A DNA stretch of 64,000 bases. Origin: Octopus vulgaris. Its lineage: Eukaryota. The notes under the pieces were generated by a model. That model worked only from the letters and a program-made list of their open reading frames with translations. It searched no databases and had not been told where the DNA came from. The translations under genes and the position numbers were made by a program. The stretch spans positions 9,424,001-9,488,000 of the forward strand of contig OX597826.1 in the NCBI GenBank assembly GCA_951406725.2. The letters are read 5' to 3'. Shown here one piece after another: positions 11,720-25,988 of the stretch (position 1 is the stretch's first letter; each line of letters starts with the position of its first letter).

Positions 11720-13680
11720 ACTCGTGAACTACTACATTTGTATGTTTTTCACCCAACCTCCCTCACACTACCTTCTGTTTTTAGGGATCTCTCTTTTCCC
11801 TCAAAATTCATCTTTTGTTTCTATCATTGTCCAAACACCACCCATGAATCAGTTTACCGTTTCTTGTTTGGCATCAAGAACCATCTGTTTAAACTCTTCA
11901 CTCTTTGACGTCATCTTTGGTAGTAGATTTAATTTAATGCTTGGTTTATCATCGCCACCTAGTTGTTGGATACCTTTAATGGAGTTCATTCTGTTGCAAG
12001 TATTTGAACCCTGGACAGTTTAATAGTGACTGTTTCTCCCACACTTTTTACCATTAATTTCGAAAGCTCTACAAAGAAGATCATGAATACTTCCCTTCTT
12101 CCCCTAATTAAAACATAAAAAAAAATCATGCTCAACACCTTTTCTACTCCATTTCGCAGCTTGACTCTTTGCTGTTAACCATAATTACCTGCACTTAACA
12201 TTTTTTTACCAATACATCAACTCTCCGAACAGATTTGGTGTCTTTCTCACATGTAAACCCAAGCATTGTCCTGTCATCACAATTTCTGTTTCCATCAAAT
12301 CATGTAATTACAGCTTAATCAAGGCAGTACTTCCAATATCATTCTAGCACGTGACATTCTGTGGACCCTTTGGTCCTTGAGATCAGTTAATTCATTGGAG
12401 CTACACCACTTCTGGATCATCTGCTATTGGCAGCTAATGTGCTTCACCTTTGACTTGTCCAACTCTGGTAACTGATTCTATCCTCTTAGATATGTTCATC
12501 CACACGTCTCACACAACCAAAGCCCCAAAACCACTAAAGGGTTCACACACTGGTGAAGAACGCCGCTTATGACACCTGGATAAAATTGTCAACTGTCTCC
12601 AACAAAAATGGCTCTGTAAGTAGCACTCCATCCCACACAGCATAAGCCTCCTTCACTCCCTTCTTAATTACAATTTGTCTTGCTACCACATTCACACAGT
12701 TTACCAACCCATTTAAACCACTGGATCTGATAGTGTTTCCTAAATTATCCTCAAATGATGCACTAATTTAGCTCCTATCCTTACCAAACTCATCAGTTTT
12801 CCTCTATTTGTGGAAATATATATATAGGTGCAGGAGTGGCTGTGTGGTAAGTAGCTTGCTTACCAACCACATGGTTCGGGTTCAGTCCCACTGCATGGCA
12901 CTTTGAGCAAGTGTCTTCTACTATAGCCTCGGGCCGACCAAAGCCGTGTGAGTGGATTTGGTAGACGGAAACTGAAAGAAGCCTGTCGTGTATATGTATA
13001 TATATGTGTGTTTGTGCTGTGTTTGTCCCCACCAACTTCCCTTGACAACCGATGCTGGTGTGTTTATGTCCCCATAACTTAGCAGTTCGGCAAAAGATGC
13101 CGATAGATTAAGTACTAGGCTTACAAAGAATAAGTCCTGGGGTCGATTTGCTCAACTAAAGGCGGTGCTCCAGCATGGCTGCAGTCAAGTGACTGAAACA
13201 AGTAAAAGACTAAAGAGTAAAAAGAGAGAGTGTCTCCCATCTGAAAGGAGTAATCTCTTTGAAGCTACAAATACCGATCGGTCATATTTACTTGCAACAT
13301 CTTAAAAGATATAAAGACATTTGTGAGTAACCAACTCTTTTATTATCTTCTACCTCAGCATGGTGTCTGCAGAGCAACATCTATCAAAGAACTGTTTGCA
13401 CACATCTACTAGTGGTCTTTTGTCTTTGAAAAGTTGGTGAAAACATTGTTGTCTTTGACTATGTCTTGTACAGAAACCTGCTTAGTCACCTCTTTGTGTT
13501 TCCATCCATGTCCCATCTCTTGGATTTAAAATTTCCATCTGGACAGCCTCATGGTGCAGTGTGCATTGATGCAAATTTCTCCACCTTACAGTCTGTCAAC
13601 TCTTCATAAGTGACTTTGTTATTTTGCTTCCAATATTCTTCTACACAGACGATAACCTCATTCACTCCTCTTTGACATTG
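11720..13680 (+). mobile_element. Heavily decayed APE-type LINE (CR1/L2/Jockey group) interrupted by a SINE
   Basis: C/T-rich coding-like decay; IFFYTDDNLIHS near 13633-13668 resembles the RT YADD region. Clade not resolvable. Confidence 0.4.
12826..13230 (+). mobile_element. Full-length two-part tRNA-derived SINE (head + CORE-like block + internal TA/TG repeat + right arm)
   Basis: A-box-like tggctgtgtggtaa, B-box-like gggttcagtccc, ggcactttgagcaagtgtc, tail gtaaaagagtaaa. Confidence 0.85.
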
Positions 13681-13732
13681 TTGTTTAACTCCAGATCAGT
13701 CCTGAATGAGATGACCTATGATAAAGGTATTC

Positions 13733-13957
13733 CGAGCTGGCAGAAACGTTAGCACGCCGGGCGAAATGCTTAGCAGTATTTCATCTGCCGTTACGTTCTG
13801 AGTTCAAATTCCGCCGAGGTCGACTTTGCCTTTCATCCTTTCGGGGTCGATAAATTAAGTACCAGTTACGCACTGGGGTCGATGTAATCGACTTAATACC
13901 TATGTCTGTCCTTGTTTGTCCCCTCTGTCTTTAGCCCCTTGTGGGTAGTAAAGAAAT
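13733..13957 (+). mobile_element. Young tRNA-derived SINE with 8-bp TSD
   Basis: CpG-intact copy of the family at 930-1850; aggtattc at 13725-13732 and 13958-13965. Confidence 0.85.
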
Positions 13958-14351
13958 AGGTATTCTAGATATGACTGCTTTATGCTCTCAAACAGTATAT
14001 TTTGAACTGCATTATTTGCTATATCCTTTCTACTTTTCAAAGCAATTAAGCTGTTATTTCTAGCTGGTTTTGCAACCATGTACAGTCTTTCTCATTGGCT
14101 TGTTCTCTTTAATATTTTGCATACAAGTGTCATTCATACAACCTAGACACCTCAAACCAGAACTGCCCCAATTCTTCAAATAGTACCCGAAGACATCTTT
14201 CAGCCAGGACATGTCACCCCGGTCTGTTTCAGTATTACTAAAATACAATCACTAAATATACAAAGGAAACTACTTCAAACTTACTACAAATGCTTTGCAT
14301 CATGGTCTCTGTAGATCTTCTGTAACTGACTGATGATTCTGTGGAACTTTA

Positions 14352-14970
14352 CTGCAGTATTAATGACTGACCAATGGTAGTTAAATCAATATTTATTGCC
14401 GTATGATGACTGACGAATGGTAGTTAAATCAATATTTATTGCCGTATTGATGACTGATCAATGGTTCAATCAATATTTACTGCACTATTAATTACTGATC
14501 AGTTGTAGTTCAATCAATATTTATAGCACTATTGATGACTTGATCGATAATTTAATCAATATTTATTTTAGTATTGATGACTGATCAGTGTGGTTCATCA
14601 GTATTTCTTGCATTATTGATGGCTCATCCGTTGTAGTTTAATTAGTATTCATCGTAGTATTGATGATTGGCCAATGGTTCAAACAATATTTACAGAATTA
14701 TTGATTACTGATCAATGGTAGTTCAATCAATATTTATTGTGCTATTGATGACTGATCAATAGAAGTTCACTTAATAAATACTGTGCTTTTTATGACTGAC
14801 CAACGATTCAATCAGTATTCACTTAAGTATCAATGATTGATCAGTGGTGGTTCATCAATATTTCTTGCAGTATCGATGAGTCACCAGTCATAGTTCAATC
14901 AGTATGTACTGCACTATTGATGACTGATCAATGATTCCATCAATATTTACTGCACTCTTGATGGCTGACC
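14352..14970. repeat. Minisatellite, about 14-15 units of 41-44 bp
   Basis: Consensus tattgatgactgatcaatgg(tag)ttcaatcaatatttactgc. Confidence 0.9.
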
Positions 14971-15911
14971 TGTGAAATACAAGGTGGGATAATGGCGATT
15001 ATGTTAGATTAACTGTTGATTTATTCTTCTCACTGATGACATCAACAAAGTGATGTGTTTTCAGCAACTGAGTGGTTACTTAGCAACAGGACAGACATCC
15101 TTCACACTGTTAAAACATGTTCTCCAGTATTTAATTCAAGAACCTCTGAATTTGTCAAAATCTCTAACATTTCTCTCAACATTTTGAACCTCTTCTTTTT
15201 TTTCTTTCTTTCTAGTAAATAATATATGCAGTTTTTTATGCTGTTGCGTCACTGAAATAAAGATAGCTTTGATATATGTTTTTGTATATCATCATCATCA
15301 TCATCGTTGTTTTATGTCTATGTTCCATGCAGGTTTCTATGGCTGGGTGCCCCTCCTAATACCAACCACTTTACAATGTGTACTGCCAGCTTTTCTTTTT
15401 TTCATGCCACTTGTTCTGTTGTGGTTACAATGCAGCTCACAAACCTATGAACCCTATGCATTGGTAGGGATTAAAAAGTTCATTTCATAATCACAGTGTT
15501 CTGGGTTCATCCTCACTGCATGGCAGCTTTGCCACATATATTCTATAGTAGCCTCAATGTGACTCAAGCCTCATAAGTAAATTTGGAGAGATACACACTT
15601 TGTAGAAGCTTATGAGATGAACTGTACATATACTTCAAGGAGCCTAACTCTGTCATTGCAGACCATCACATTGATTCTGCCTTTGGGTTAGGTTAAGGAT
15701 GCAAGTGTCTGTGGAATACTCAGCCACTTCTAAACTGCAATAAGTCAATAGTTTCAATAATGGAACAACTGAAATCATCACATTTCGTGTTCAGTCCTAC
15801 TGGAGGGAAAACTTGGGCAGGTGTCTTCTACTATAGCCCCAGGCCAAAGTTTTGTGAGCAGATTTGGTTGAAAACTGAAAAAGCCCATTGCATGTGTGTG
15901 TGTGTGCCTGT

Positions 15912-16245
15912 GAAGGCATTTGGCCTTGTAGTTAGGGGTATTCAGCTCACATTCATAAGGTCATGAGTTCAATTCTTGGTAGTGCATCATGTCCTTGAGC
16001 AAGACACTTTATTTCACATTGCTCCAGTCAATTCAACTGGTAAAAATGGGGTTGTGCTTGCATTTCAAAGCACTGGCCTTGTTGCATTCTGTGCCATGCT
16101 GAATCTTCCTCTCCCTAAGAATTATGTTAAGGGTATGCATGTCTGTGGAATGCTCAGCCACTTGCACATTAAATTCACGAGCAGGCTGTTCCAATGATCA
16201 GACCAACTGGAACCCTTCTCATAACCGACAGAGCACCAGTTTATT
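15912..16245 (+). mobile_element. tRNA-derived SINE with CORE-like block
   Basis: Head with gagttcaattc; gtccttgagcaagacactttatttcac shared with 21415-21735 and 47580-47893. Confidence 0.7.
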
Positions 16246-16259
16246 TTTATGTGTAAGTA

Positions 16260-16600
16260 TATCATCATCATCATCATTGTTTAACATCCACTTTCCATCC
16301 TAGCATGGGTTGGACGGTTCGACTGGGGTCTGGGAAGCCAGCAGGCTGCACCAGGCCCAGTCTGATCTGGCAGTGTTTCTACAGCTGGATGCCCTTCCTA
16401 ACGCCAACCACTCTGTGAGTGTAGTGGGTGCTTTTTACGTGCCAGGCGAGCCTGGCAATGGCCATGATCAGTTGGTGCTTTTTACATGCCACCGGCACGG
16501 AGGCCAGTTGAAGCAGCGCTGGCAACGTTCGGATGATTCTTTTACGTGCCACCGGCACTGGTATCACAACTACAATTTCCATTGGTTTTTGATCGATTTC
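16260..16600 (-). mobile_element. RTE-tailed SINE / RTE 3' UTR fragment
   Basis: (cat)n..catgggttggacgg..gtttctacagctggatgcccttcctaacgccaacc; collinear with the 3' UTR of the RTE at 45675-46100. Confidence 0.8.
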
Positions 16601-17156
16601 GAATATATATATGTGTGTGTGTGTGTGTGTGTTAGTGTTTTGACATTACGTAATAGTCATACAAGCAATGTAATCCATTTCCAGTATTCTGGAAAGCATG
16701 TCTGGCCATGGAGAAATATTACATTGTTAGGAAACAGATGTGGAATTGGCAACAGGAAAGACATCCAGCTGTAAGACATCTGTCTCAATAAACTCTGACT
16801 GACCCATGCAGGCATCAAAAATAGACATGAAAACAATGATGATGATGATGATGACGGTGACTATGACAACAATGATGACAATTGTCGGCAAGAATCATGA
16901 GATGGTTGGCACATCTGTTTCGCAGTCTTTGTTCCAGAATTTTAATTTTCTAGTCACTGATGACAGGTTTCTTTTAGTAATGAGGAAATAATTTGGGTAT
17001 GGTGTTTGGTGATAATTATTCTTGTTGTTAGTGGTGGTGGTGGTGGTGGTGATGGTGACAGTGGTAGTTAGCTACAGATCATTTCTAACTGAGCAGAACT
17101 AACAACCAAAGGTGTTCCATTCATGACCATCAAGTCTTGCTTTCTTTTCAGATTTA

Positions 17157-18055
17157 CGAGGTGGTATCAAAAGGTTCCTGGACTAGTTATGTTTAATGAA
17201 AAAAAATAACATATTTACCTAAGTTTTAACATCCTCTCCTTTAAAATAGTTGCCTTACACACCAATACACCAGTCCCAGTATACCTGCCCCTTTTGGAAT
17301 CCAGCCTGGAAGTCATTTTTTGTAAGTGAGTTGAGGACCTTCTGCGATTTGCACAACAGTGATAAAACGTTGACTGTTGTATTGCATTTTCATCTTGGGG
17401 AAGCGATGGAATTCTGCAGGTGCTAAATCTGGTAAATAGGACAGGTGCAGAAGTGATACCATGTTGTCTTTCATGAGAGACTCACGAGTGAGGAGGAGAG
17501 CTCAGTGACAGGGTACATTGTTGTGGTGAAGAATCCAATTCCTTGTGCTCCACAGATCCAGCTGTTTTTACTGAATGTTCTCTCTCAGATGCTTCAAAAC
17601 ATTACTGTAGAATTCTCAATTGACAGTCAATCTGACCTTTGGGGAATAATTCTTGATGCATAATCCCACATTTCCAAGGGTAACTTTGAGAGATTTTCTT
17701 CCACTTTTGAAGCAGCCCTTGCCACTTGAAACATTGTATACGACCCTTTGCCTCATCACCGTAAACTTGCCAAAATATGCTCAATGCCCCTGTAGTAAGT
17801 AGACTTCCCAAGTTTAATGCAAAGCTTCACGTTGGCTCTTTGTTCCAACTTCCTGTCCATAACAAAATTGCAGACTACAAACATCCACATGATCATAAAA
17901 ATACAAATTTCCCAACTTGTGAAGTAAACACAGTGATGTCACATAGCACACTGCTTCATGAAGGTCACTGCTAGCTCTCACTGTGCACACAACTGCGTGC
18001 TGCCATCTGTTGGCATGCTACAGAACTAGTCCAGGAATATTTTGATACCATCTTG
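17157..18055 (-). mobile_element. Internally deleted mariner transposon with both TIRs and TA TSD
   Basis: TIRs ta|cgaggtggtatcaaaaggttcctggactagt and actagtccaggaatattttgataccatcttg|ta; minus-strand remnants EQRANVKLCIKLGKS..QVYGDEA..CFKW, PDLAPAEF..FPKMKM, SQKVLNSLTKNDFQAG. Confidence 0.85.
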
Positions 18056-18509
18056 TAATGTATCTACTACTCTGCATCATCTAATATCGCTGGGTTTTGT
18101 TTTAAGGTTGTGGTGTGTGATTAGAAGATTTGGCTGCTACTTCTTGTAGGTTGGGTAACCCATTGCTTAGAAACTCTTCCATCCTTGTTGTTGTTTAGCC
18201 ACAGGTCAGCACTGAATGAGGTGTCCTGTGATCAAAGGCATTCCAACCCATGACTATTCTGCTTTTATTTCAGGAGGTGTAGTTATATGTTTATAATATT
18301 TTTATATTATTATTTATCACAAGCAGTGAACAATTATGTCATTTGTTATTGGTTTTAAATTGGCCAATCACTAACTCACTTTATTTCTGATGGTGAGGGT
18401 GATAAGAGAGTGACTGAGTAAATGCAGAACGAAGTTCTTTATCTGCAAAGCCTGTTTTTCAATTTTCTCACTAAAGTTTATATCCTGCACCAACATTTAT
18501 TCATAAAAG

Positions 18510-18559
<50 letters not shown>

Positions 18560-19818
18560 ACACACACACAAATGGATCTGCCATCAACTTTGGTGATGAG
18601 TGTTCAGTTTTTTTTTCAATCAACTAAATCATCTACTTGAATTAATGTATAAAATGACTGAGTATTCCACAGACACATATACTCAAAGAGATCAACATTT
18701 GAATTACTGGGACAATCCATCTGACAAGCTTCCACACAGTTTCCATCTACCCAGTTTCACTCACAAGGCTTGGATCAACCCAAGACTTTGACTAAAGATA
18801 TTTGCCCAACATGCCACATGCTGGGATTAAACTTGGAACCTCCCGGTAGTGTCAACCCAAGTTTTGAGTAGACGATGCTGCACAGTTGAATTGAACCAGA
18901 GACCACGTGGTTGTTAAATGAACTTCTCAACCACATGTCCATAGCTGAACCTATCTTGGATGTCATAATCATTTTTATGAAGGCAAAAAAAATATCTTAT
19001 CCCTTTTGGAAATAACAGACTGTGATTCGAAAGAGATTTGGTTGCTATTTCTGGAAGGACGAGAGATGACATTGAGGCTCCTCCATTGGCTCAGTCGATG
19101 TTATTTTGTTATCAAGGTGCTCTTGCTTTATATGTTTGTTGAGCTTGTGCAATATATTTGTATATTTTCTGACTAATATGGCTTCCATGACTAATCTTCT
19201 TTAGTACTGGAAGGATATAATATATATATATACACTCACACACACATTCATACATGTGTGTATATATGCACACACACACACACACACGTATACACGTGTG
19301 TATGTTATTGGCTCATGGGTTTCATATACAGTTTTGTATTGTGTTGTGTGATATATATTGTAAAGCCATGGTTAGTAAAGATATAAAAGCATGATTTCCT
19401 TTAACAGTTTATGTATAATTACACATACATGTCAACGCATACACGCAAATATGTATGTACGTGCACACACACACACACACACACGTATAAACAGATATGT
19501 GAATCTAGCTTTATACTACGTTGTAACCAATCTCACTGTTATGGTATCATTTTGGTTGAGTTCTTTGTTAATGCATTAGAATTAGAGGAAATAAATCCTG
19601 CTTAGAATATTTCTCATCTCTGGAAGATACAAATATATATGTACGAATGTATGTATATATGTATGTATGCATTATACATAAACACAAACACATACACACA
19701 CAGAGGCATACAAATATATGCGATTCTTTTTATTTCATTTGGCCTAAACCATATTTGTTTTTCAGAGTAACTGTCTTGTTGTAGCTATTGTTGATGCTAT
19801 GTATCTGCATATATGTAT

Positions 19819-19819
<1 letters not shown>

Positions 19820-19880
<61 letters not shown>
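19820..19880. repeat. (GT)n microsatellite
   Basis: Direct reading. Confidence 0.95.
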
Positions 19881-19883
<3 letters not shown>

Positions 19884-20621
19884 ATGTATTTATTTATTTT
19901 GGGAGCTTGTGTTTGTCAGTTAATTTATTAGCTGAGGAGGATTGTTGAAAAGTATTACAGAAGGGGAAAAAATTCACACAATAGATATTACAGATGAATG
20001 GAGTAAAGAAATTGGGGTTGTTGCCTATTATTTATATTATTTATATTTATGACCCCAAAATAACAACACTGTGTCTGTCAGTATATTTATGTATGTGAAT
20101 AAGCGAGTATGAATGAGTGTAGATTTTGTGTGTTGCTTTGATATTTGTATGGATGTTGTATTAAAAAGCACCCTCTACTCCACTCCCAGTCGTGTTTAAT
20201 AGAATGGTATTCATGTGTTAAGAGATACAGTAAAAAAAAAAAAATATTAGATGTTCATATATAGCATGGTGCAGGCATGGCTGTATGGTTAAGAAATTTA
20301 CTTTCCAGTCATGTGGTTCAAGGTTCAATTCAATCTGGTTGCTTTACAGCTTGAGCAAATGTCTTACTGGATTACTATGGTTAGTGAAATATTTGTTAAA
20401 AATGTATGCAGAAGCCCATCTCTCTCTCTCTCTCTTACACACACACACATGCAGTAAGTAATGATGCATGTTTGCCATTCCTGCCACTATGGGGGTTGAG
20501 TTAATGATAATCCTAGCAAGGAACCACTTAAACCATCTTGCGGGATTCTGACACATATCAAGGAGCTTCTCCTGCCATGAGTCTCTCTCTAGATCAGAGG
20601 AGAAGCAGCAAGGCTAATATG

Positions 20622-20660
<39 letters not shown>

Positions 20661-20710
20661 CAGGTGTAGAGGTTAACAAGAGAGCCAGCAGTACTTGACT
20701 CAAGATTTAA

Positions 20711-20930
20711 CCTTTTAGCATCCAAGTTTCTTTGTCAAATCTCACACTTATATATTTGCATTGTTTTGAATTAATCCTGCATTATCTCATAGCTTCAAGA
20801 TTTCAATGATGTGATTGTTTATTTTTAGAATGACATTGTAGGGTAGGTGTAAGAAGCCAGAGCTTGATGGTTTGAACATAAAACAGGTAGACTATTTGGG
20901 CTGGATATAACTGGTTTAAACGCTAATGAG
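20711..20930. mobile_element. piggyBac-like MITE with TTAA TSD
   Basis: ttaa|ccttttagca...cgctaatgag|ttaa; same family as 38612-38831. Confidence 0.7.
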
Positions 20931-21149
20931 TTAATTCTGCTGCCACTACCACCTCTCCCTTCATAGATTTGATGGATGTCTCTCGACTCTTTATCGAGCT
21001 CATCCACCCTTGTAGACTTGTGTTGTTGTTTTTTTTTGTTTTCTCAAGATGTCTATCCATTGTCTACAAACCATATTAAGACCCTTGAGTGGTGTTGCCA
21101 GTTTAGTCACCAATTGCCCAAACACGAAGCAAGTAATAATGGTTTACAC

Positions 21150-21873
21150 CAGTGGTTCTCAACCATTTTATGTCTGTGGACCCCTTCAATTCCTATTCTA
21201 CACTTGTAGACCCCTTTCATTCCTATTTCACTCTTGTGGACTTCCATAGCCATTTGAGGCTTAAAAAAATCCTCTTATATTTTTACAATGAAACATTATT
21301 AGCAATTGTAGTTCGTCCACTCTGCAGGGTGGCTGGTGTTAGGAAGGGCATCCAGCCATAAAGACCCTGCCAAAACAGCATGGAACGCAGATATTAAGTG
21401 ATGATGATGATGATGGTTAAAGCGTCGAGCTTACGATTGTGAGGTTGTGAGCTCGAATCCCGGACCGGGCTGCGTGTTGTGTTCTTGAGCAAGACACTTT
21501 ATTTCACGTTGCTCCAGTTAATGAGCCGTAGAAATGAGTTGCGGCGTCATGGGTGCCAAGCTGTATTGGCCCCTTTGCCTTTCCCTTGGATAACCCTGGT
21601 GGCGTGGAGAGGGAAGGCCAGTATGCATGGGCGACTGCTGGTCTTCCATAAACCACCTTGCCCAGACTTGTGACTAGGAGGGTAACTTTCTAGGTGCAAT
21701 CCCATGGTCTGTGTCGTGACAGAAGGGGGTCCCGACCGACCGACCGTCCCGATAAAAAAATTAAAATATTTTGTATATTGTTGAAGTATATCCCATTTAT
21801 TGCACATAGATTTTAACAACAGAATCTTATATGAACCCCTAAGGACCATGTGGACCCCAGTTAAGAACCAATG
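21150..21873. mobile_element. hAT-type non-autonomous element with nested SINEs
   Basis: TIRs cagtggttctcaac / gttaagaaccaatg; 8-bp TSD gtttacac/gtttacat; internal RTE-tail piece (about 21325-21414) and tRNA SINE (about 21415-21735). Confidence 0.75.
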
Positions 21874-23347
21874 GTTTACATGATTGCTATTAGTAGATGA
21901 TTTTTTTTTAATGTGACCTGACACTAGAAGTGTGTGTGTGTGTTTGTATGTTTATGTATGTGTTTATGTTTGCCGATGTAGAATGCTTGCATCAAGTAGT
22001 GTTGCTTTATGTGGAAACTGCAACTTAACAGTTTAACAAATAGGAATTGATAAAATAAGAAGACCGAAAGAAGCAGTTCAGTGATCGAAAACAGTAAAAG
22101 ATCCATAAATATGTGTATATATGTTACTACCGCAAGGGGCAAGTGTGTTTATGCTAAACTTCATTATGGATAAAATAAGCTACATTCAATAATTGTTACA
22201 TTCAACCATTTTTGATCAATGGACTCTTTTGATCCCTGTTTCATTCTAGTAGACCCCCACAGCCACTCGATGTAGAAACTGTTTCCAAAATTCCTATTTT
22301 GTTTTCCCCACATTAGCTTGTGTTGATTGAACTAAGTAAAATGTCAGAGAAAGAAACCCGTCTGTTTCTTACTATACATACCAATACATACATCTGAAGC
22401 AAAATTTTTTCAGGGGCCCTTAAAGTAATATTGTAGATCCCCAATTTACTATTTTGTTACATAGACCCCAAAATTTTATATCAACCCTCAGTGACCATAT
22501 GGAACCTTGCTGAGAACCACTGGGCTAAGCGAACAAGAGAGCTTTTAATGTGTTTCTTGACCTGCTAGAAATAACAGCAAAATTTCTCTTAAATCACAGT
22601 GAGTGCATTAATTCTTTCATTACCGTATTTGTAACAGATCGCTTGTCTAAGTGTTTCGATTCATTTTCAAAAAAACCAAGAAGAGTTTAGTAAAAGACCT
22701 ATGTTATTTATATATTGGTACATTGCACAGCCATGATCTCTTTTTATCTGCTTTCTCTTGATTAATTACGCAATTAATCACATCATGGAGAAGTTACTGT
22801 AGTTATCTAAAAAAGAAAACAATAAAAGAAAACATGAGAACTGTTATATTTGCTTTTTATTTCTTAAGAGGACTCTGTGTTATGAAATTATGAAATGTCA
22901 AAACATTTTGTTGCACTTCTATAACTTGTTAGCAACCAGATCGCAGAAGAACTACAATTTTTTTCTTGACACCTCGTAGTCAGCTTTTCCCAAAATATGG
23001 ATAAATATAACAGATCTTGGGGTGTTCTTAAATGACAAAAATGATTCTTCTATGATGTGATTGTTAGAGTTTCAACACATGAACTCAAATCATGTCACTT
23101 GCCAAACACTAAAATATAATTAGAAGAAATATTGGAGTTGCCAAGAACTCATTTGGCAGCTCTAAAATTCTTTAAATTAGATTTTGATGCAGTATTTTAT
23201 CTAGATACGAACCCTTCAAAGTTTTGTGTGTTTGGTATTAAAAGGGTTGAAATGACACATATAATGTTGTCATGGAGGTACAATGAGCAGAGAAATAAGA
23301 TGTGATAGTCACAGATGGAATGCCTTTCGTCATAAGTTTACTCTTAT

Positions 23348-23570
23348 GTGTGTGCGTGTATGTTTGTGTGTCTGTGTTTGTCCCCCTAGCATTGCTTGAC
23401 AACCGATGCTGGTGTGTTTATGTCCCCGTCACTTAGCAGTTCGGCAAAAGAGACCGATAGAACAAGTACTGGGCTTACAAAGAATAAGTCCCGGGGTCGA
23501 GCTGCTCGATTAAAGGCAGTGCTCCAGCATGGCCGCAGTCAAATGACTGAAACAAGTAAAAGAGAAAGAG
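23348..23570 (+). mobile_element. Right arm of the two-part SINE
   Basis: Near-identical to 13020-13210. Confidence 0.85.
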
Positions 23571-24168
23571 ATACACGCATGTATGTTTTTTTTTTATTTG
23601 TCACATCAAACAATCAGTGATTTTATGTGATGCTGTTCACTTAGCGTGAGTAATGATTACTCTGTTCTTAGACATTTAAAGTACAAATAACCAAGTGGAG
23701 ATTAGGAAAAAAAAAATATCAAGACGACATCGAGCTTTAGAGAAGTCTTAAAAATAAATTACCAGCACTTCATATATATCATGCAGCACATTTTAAATCA
23801 AATAATATATTCTTCAAAGCAACAAATTGGCAGAATTGTTAAAATGTTGGTTAAAATGTATCAACGTATAGGTTCCAGCTCTCTGCACTCATTTTTGTTA
23901 TCATCATTTACTGTCCATCTCTCATGCTGACATGGGTTGAACTATAAGTTCAAATTCTGCCAAGGTCAACTTTGCCTTTTACTCTTTTAGGATTGATAAA
24001 AAGAAAAATATCAAGTCATGGCTGTGTGGTTAAGAAGCTCACTTAGCAGCCACATGGCCTCAGGTTCAGTTTAACTGTGCAGCACCTTGGACAAGTATTT
24101 TCTACTGTAGTTCTTGGCCAACCAATGCTTTGTAAGTGCATTTGGTAGATAGAAACTGTGTGGAAGCT

Positions 24169-24209
<41 letters not shown>

Positions 24210-24212
<3 letters not shown>

Positions 24213-24488
24213 ATAATGGCTGATCTTAGCAGTTGGTTTTGCACTAGGGGTCTAATGGAGTGTTAGATAACAGCCTGGTTATGTAACCCTGTGCTCTTCA
24301 GAGATGGCATTTATGGAATGAAATATCACAACTCTGCATCCTGTGCTTTATAGCTGCTATCCTTGGCAATGTGCTCTACACAGTCATAAAAGAGGAGTCA
24401 CCATATTTCATTCAAGAACTGCTATCTCTGAAGAGCACAGGATTGAACCCTTAGTGCAAAGCCTCTTGGTAAGATCAGGTGTAATGGA
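24210..24488. mobile_element. MITE/foldback element with long imperfect TIRs inserted in the (TA)n of a SINE
   Basis: ctgatctta...ttgcacta.ggg mirrored at 24448-24478; cctgtgctcttcagagatggca (24288-24309) vs tgctatctctgaagagcacagg (24420-24441), 21/22 complementary. Confidence 0.7.
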
Positions 24489-25744
24489 TATATAGTACTG
24501 TACACTTCCATTAATATATATATATATAGATAGATAGATAGATAGATAGATAGATGTTTAATAATGATGATAATATATGTGTCTCTCTGCCTGTCCACTG
24601 CTTGATAACCAGTGTTAGTTTATTTTATATTCTGTAACTCAATGGTTTGGCAAAATAGACCAATAGAATATGTGTTGAGCTTAAAAAAGTAGGTACTGGG
24701 GTTAATTTGTTTGAATAAACCCTTCAAGGCAGTGCCCCAGCTCGACCACAGTCCAGTGAGTGAAACAAGCATCAGATGAGAAATAAAGATAAATCCAAGG
24801 TATTGAAATGGCAGGATTGCTAGAATATTTGATGTGATGCCTTTTGGTATCTCTACCAACTCTTTGTATTCTGACAGTAACACCTGTGACTCTACTGATG
24901 CCAAGCTGGTTGGCCATTAACGAAAGCCTTTAGGCTATTATTAATGGCCTAATAAACCATTAACTCAAATTACACACATTAACACAAATAATAGGTGCAA
25001 GTGTAGTTGTGTGGTTGAGAAGGTTGCTTCCTATGTGGCCTCAGGTTCAGTCCCACTGTTTGGCACTTTGATACAGATTCTTCTATTATGGCCCCTGGCT
25101 AACCAAAGCCTTGTCAGTATGTTTGGTAAGTGGAAATTAAAAAAAAAAAACAGCCATCAAATATATATATGTGCATATTGATGTGTACCCTTGTCTAGAC
25201 ATCAGGTGATGGCTATAAATGATCAGCAGTGTCATAGAAGTGAGATTATTTGTTTCTGATCTTCTGAGAAAGGAATGTCAAGCTATGGCGAAAATATGTT
25301 GCTTGTAAACAAGTGAGGGTTGGCAATAGGAAGAGCTGAAAATTTGCCTTGACAAGCATGGGAAAGCAGACTTTGAATGATGATGATGATGATGATGGCG
25401 GCAGCACTTGTTGTTTTTATCCTTGGACAACACTGATGGCTTGGAGAAGGGAAATATGCATTGATGGGACAACTGCTAGTCTTCCACAAAATAAACATTG
25501 CACAGCCTACACGTGTAGCTGTAGATGCATGGTCAGTCCTGAACAAAAGGAACTCTTTAACAATGAATGAGGAAGTGTCTACAACAGCTGCTTAATCTGC
25601 TAGAAATAGCTGAGAAGTCTGTCAAATTACACACTAATGTTTAAAAAAGGAAAAGTCACATTGAATTGTTGTGGTCCTAAATGTAAACTCTCTGAGAAAG
25701 CATAGTCATAGCTGAATTGCTTTTGATCATAGATTTGCTTAATC

Positions 25745-25988
25745 ATAATAATAATAATAATGAAATTATTGTATACAGTGCTCAGGTGCACCACAACTTG
25801 TCAAAAGTGCATATAAAGTATATGCAGTGATGTGCAAATGTCTGGAAAGCGAACAGTGTATGAGTCAGATACATGTTTGCGTGTGTATGGAGGGGAGAAA
25901 ATCAGGTGTAGTGTTGGCAAATCTCAGGAAGCATGGAAGTTTTGAAGGATGCAGTGCTCCGACAACTAACAACTAATGCCGGCAGTTT
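25745..25988 (-). mobile_element. CR1-like LINE 3' end with (ATT)n tail
   Basis: Minus strand KLPALVVSCRSTASFKTSMLPEICQHYT*; homologous to 34575-34930; cleanly splits a host repeat (gcttaatca | ggctgacctgggg). Confidence 0.75.

Noticed and set aside
12826-12900. tRNA gene
   Set aside because: A/B-box-like motifs only; continues into a SINE body present in many copies; no clean cloverleaf
14352-14970. CRISPR-like appearance (regular, partly palindromic repeats)
   Set aside because: Units are contiguous with no unique spacers, no cas genes, and the context is eukaryotic
15025-15065. ctgatga followed by catc..gatg hairpin (hammerhead-like)
   Set aside because: No GAAA after the stem and no stems I or III
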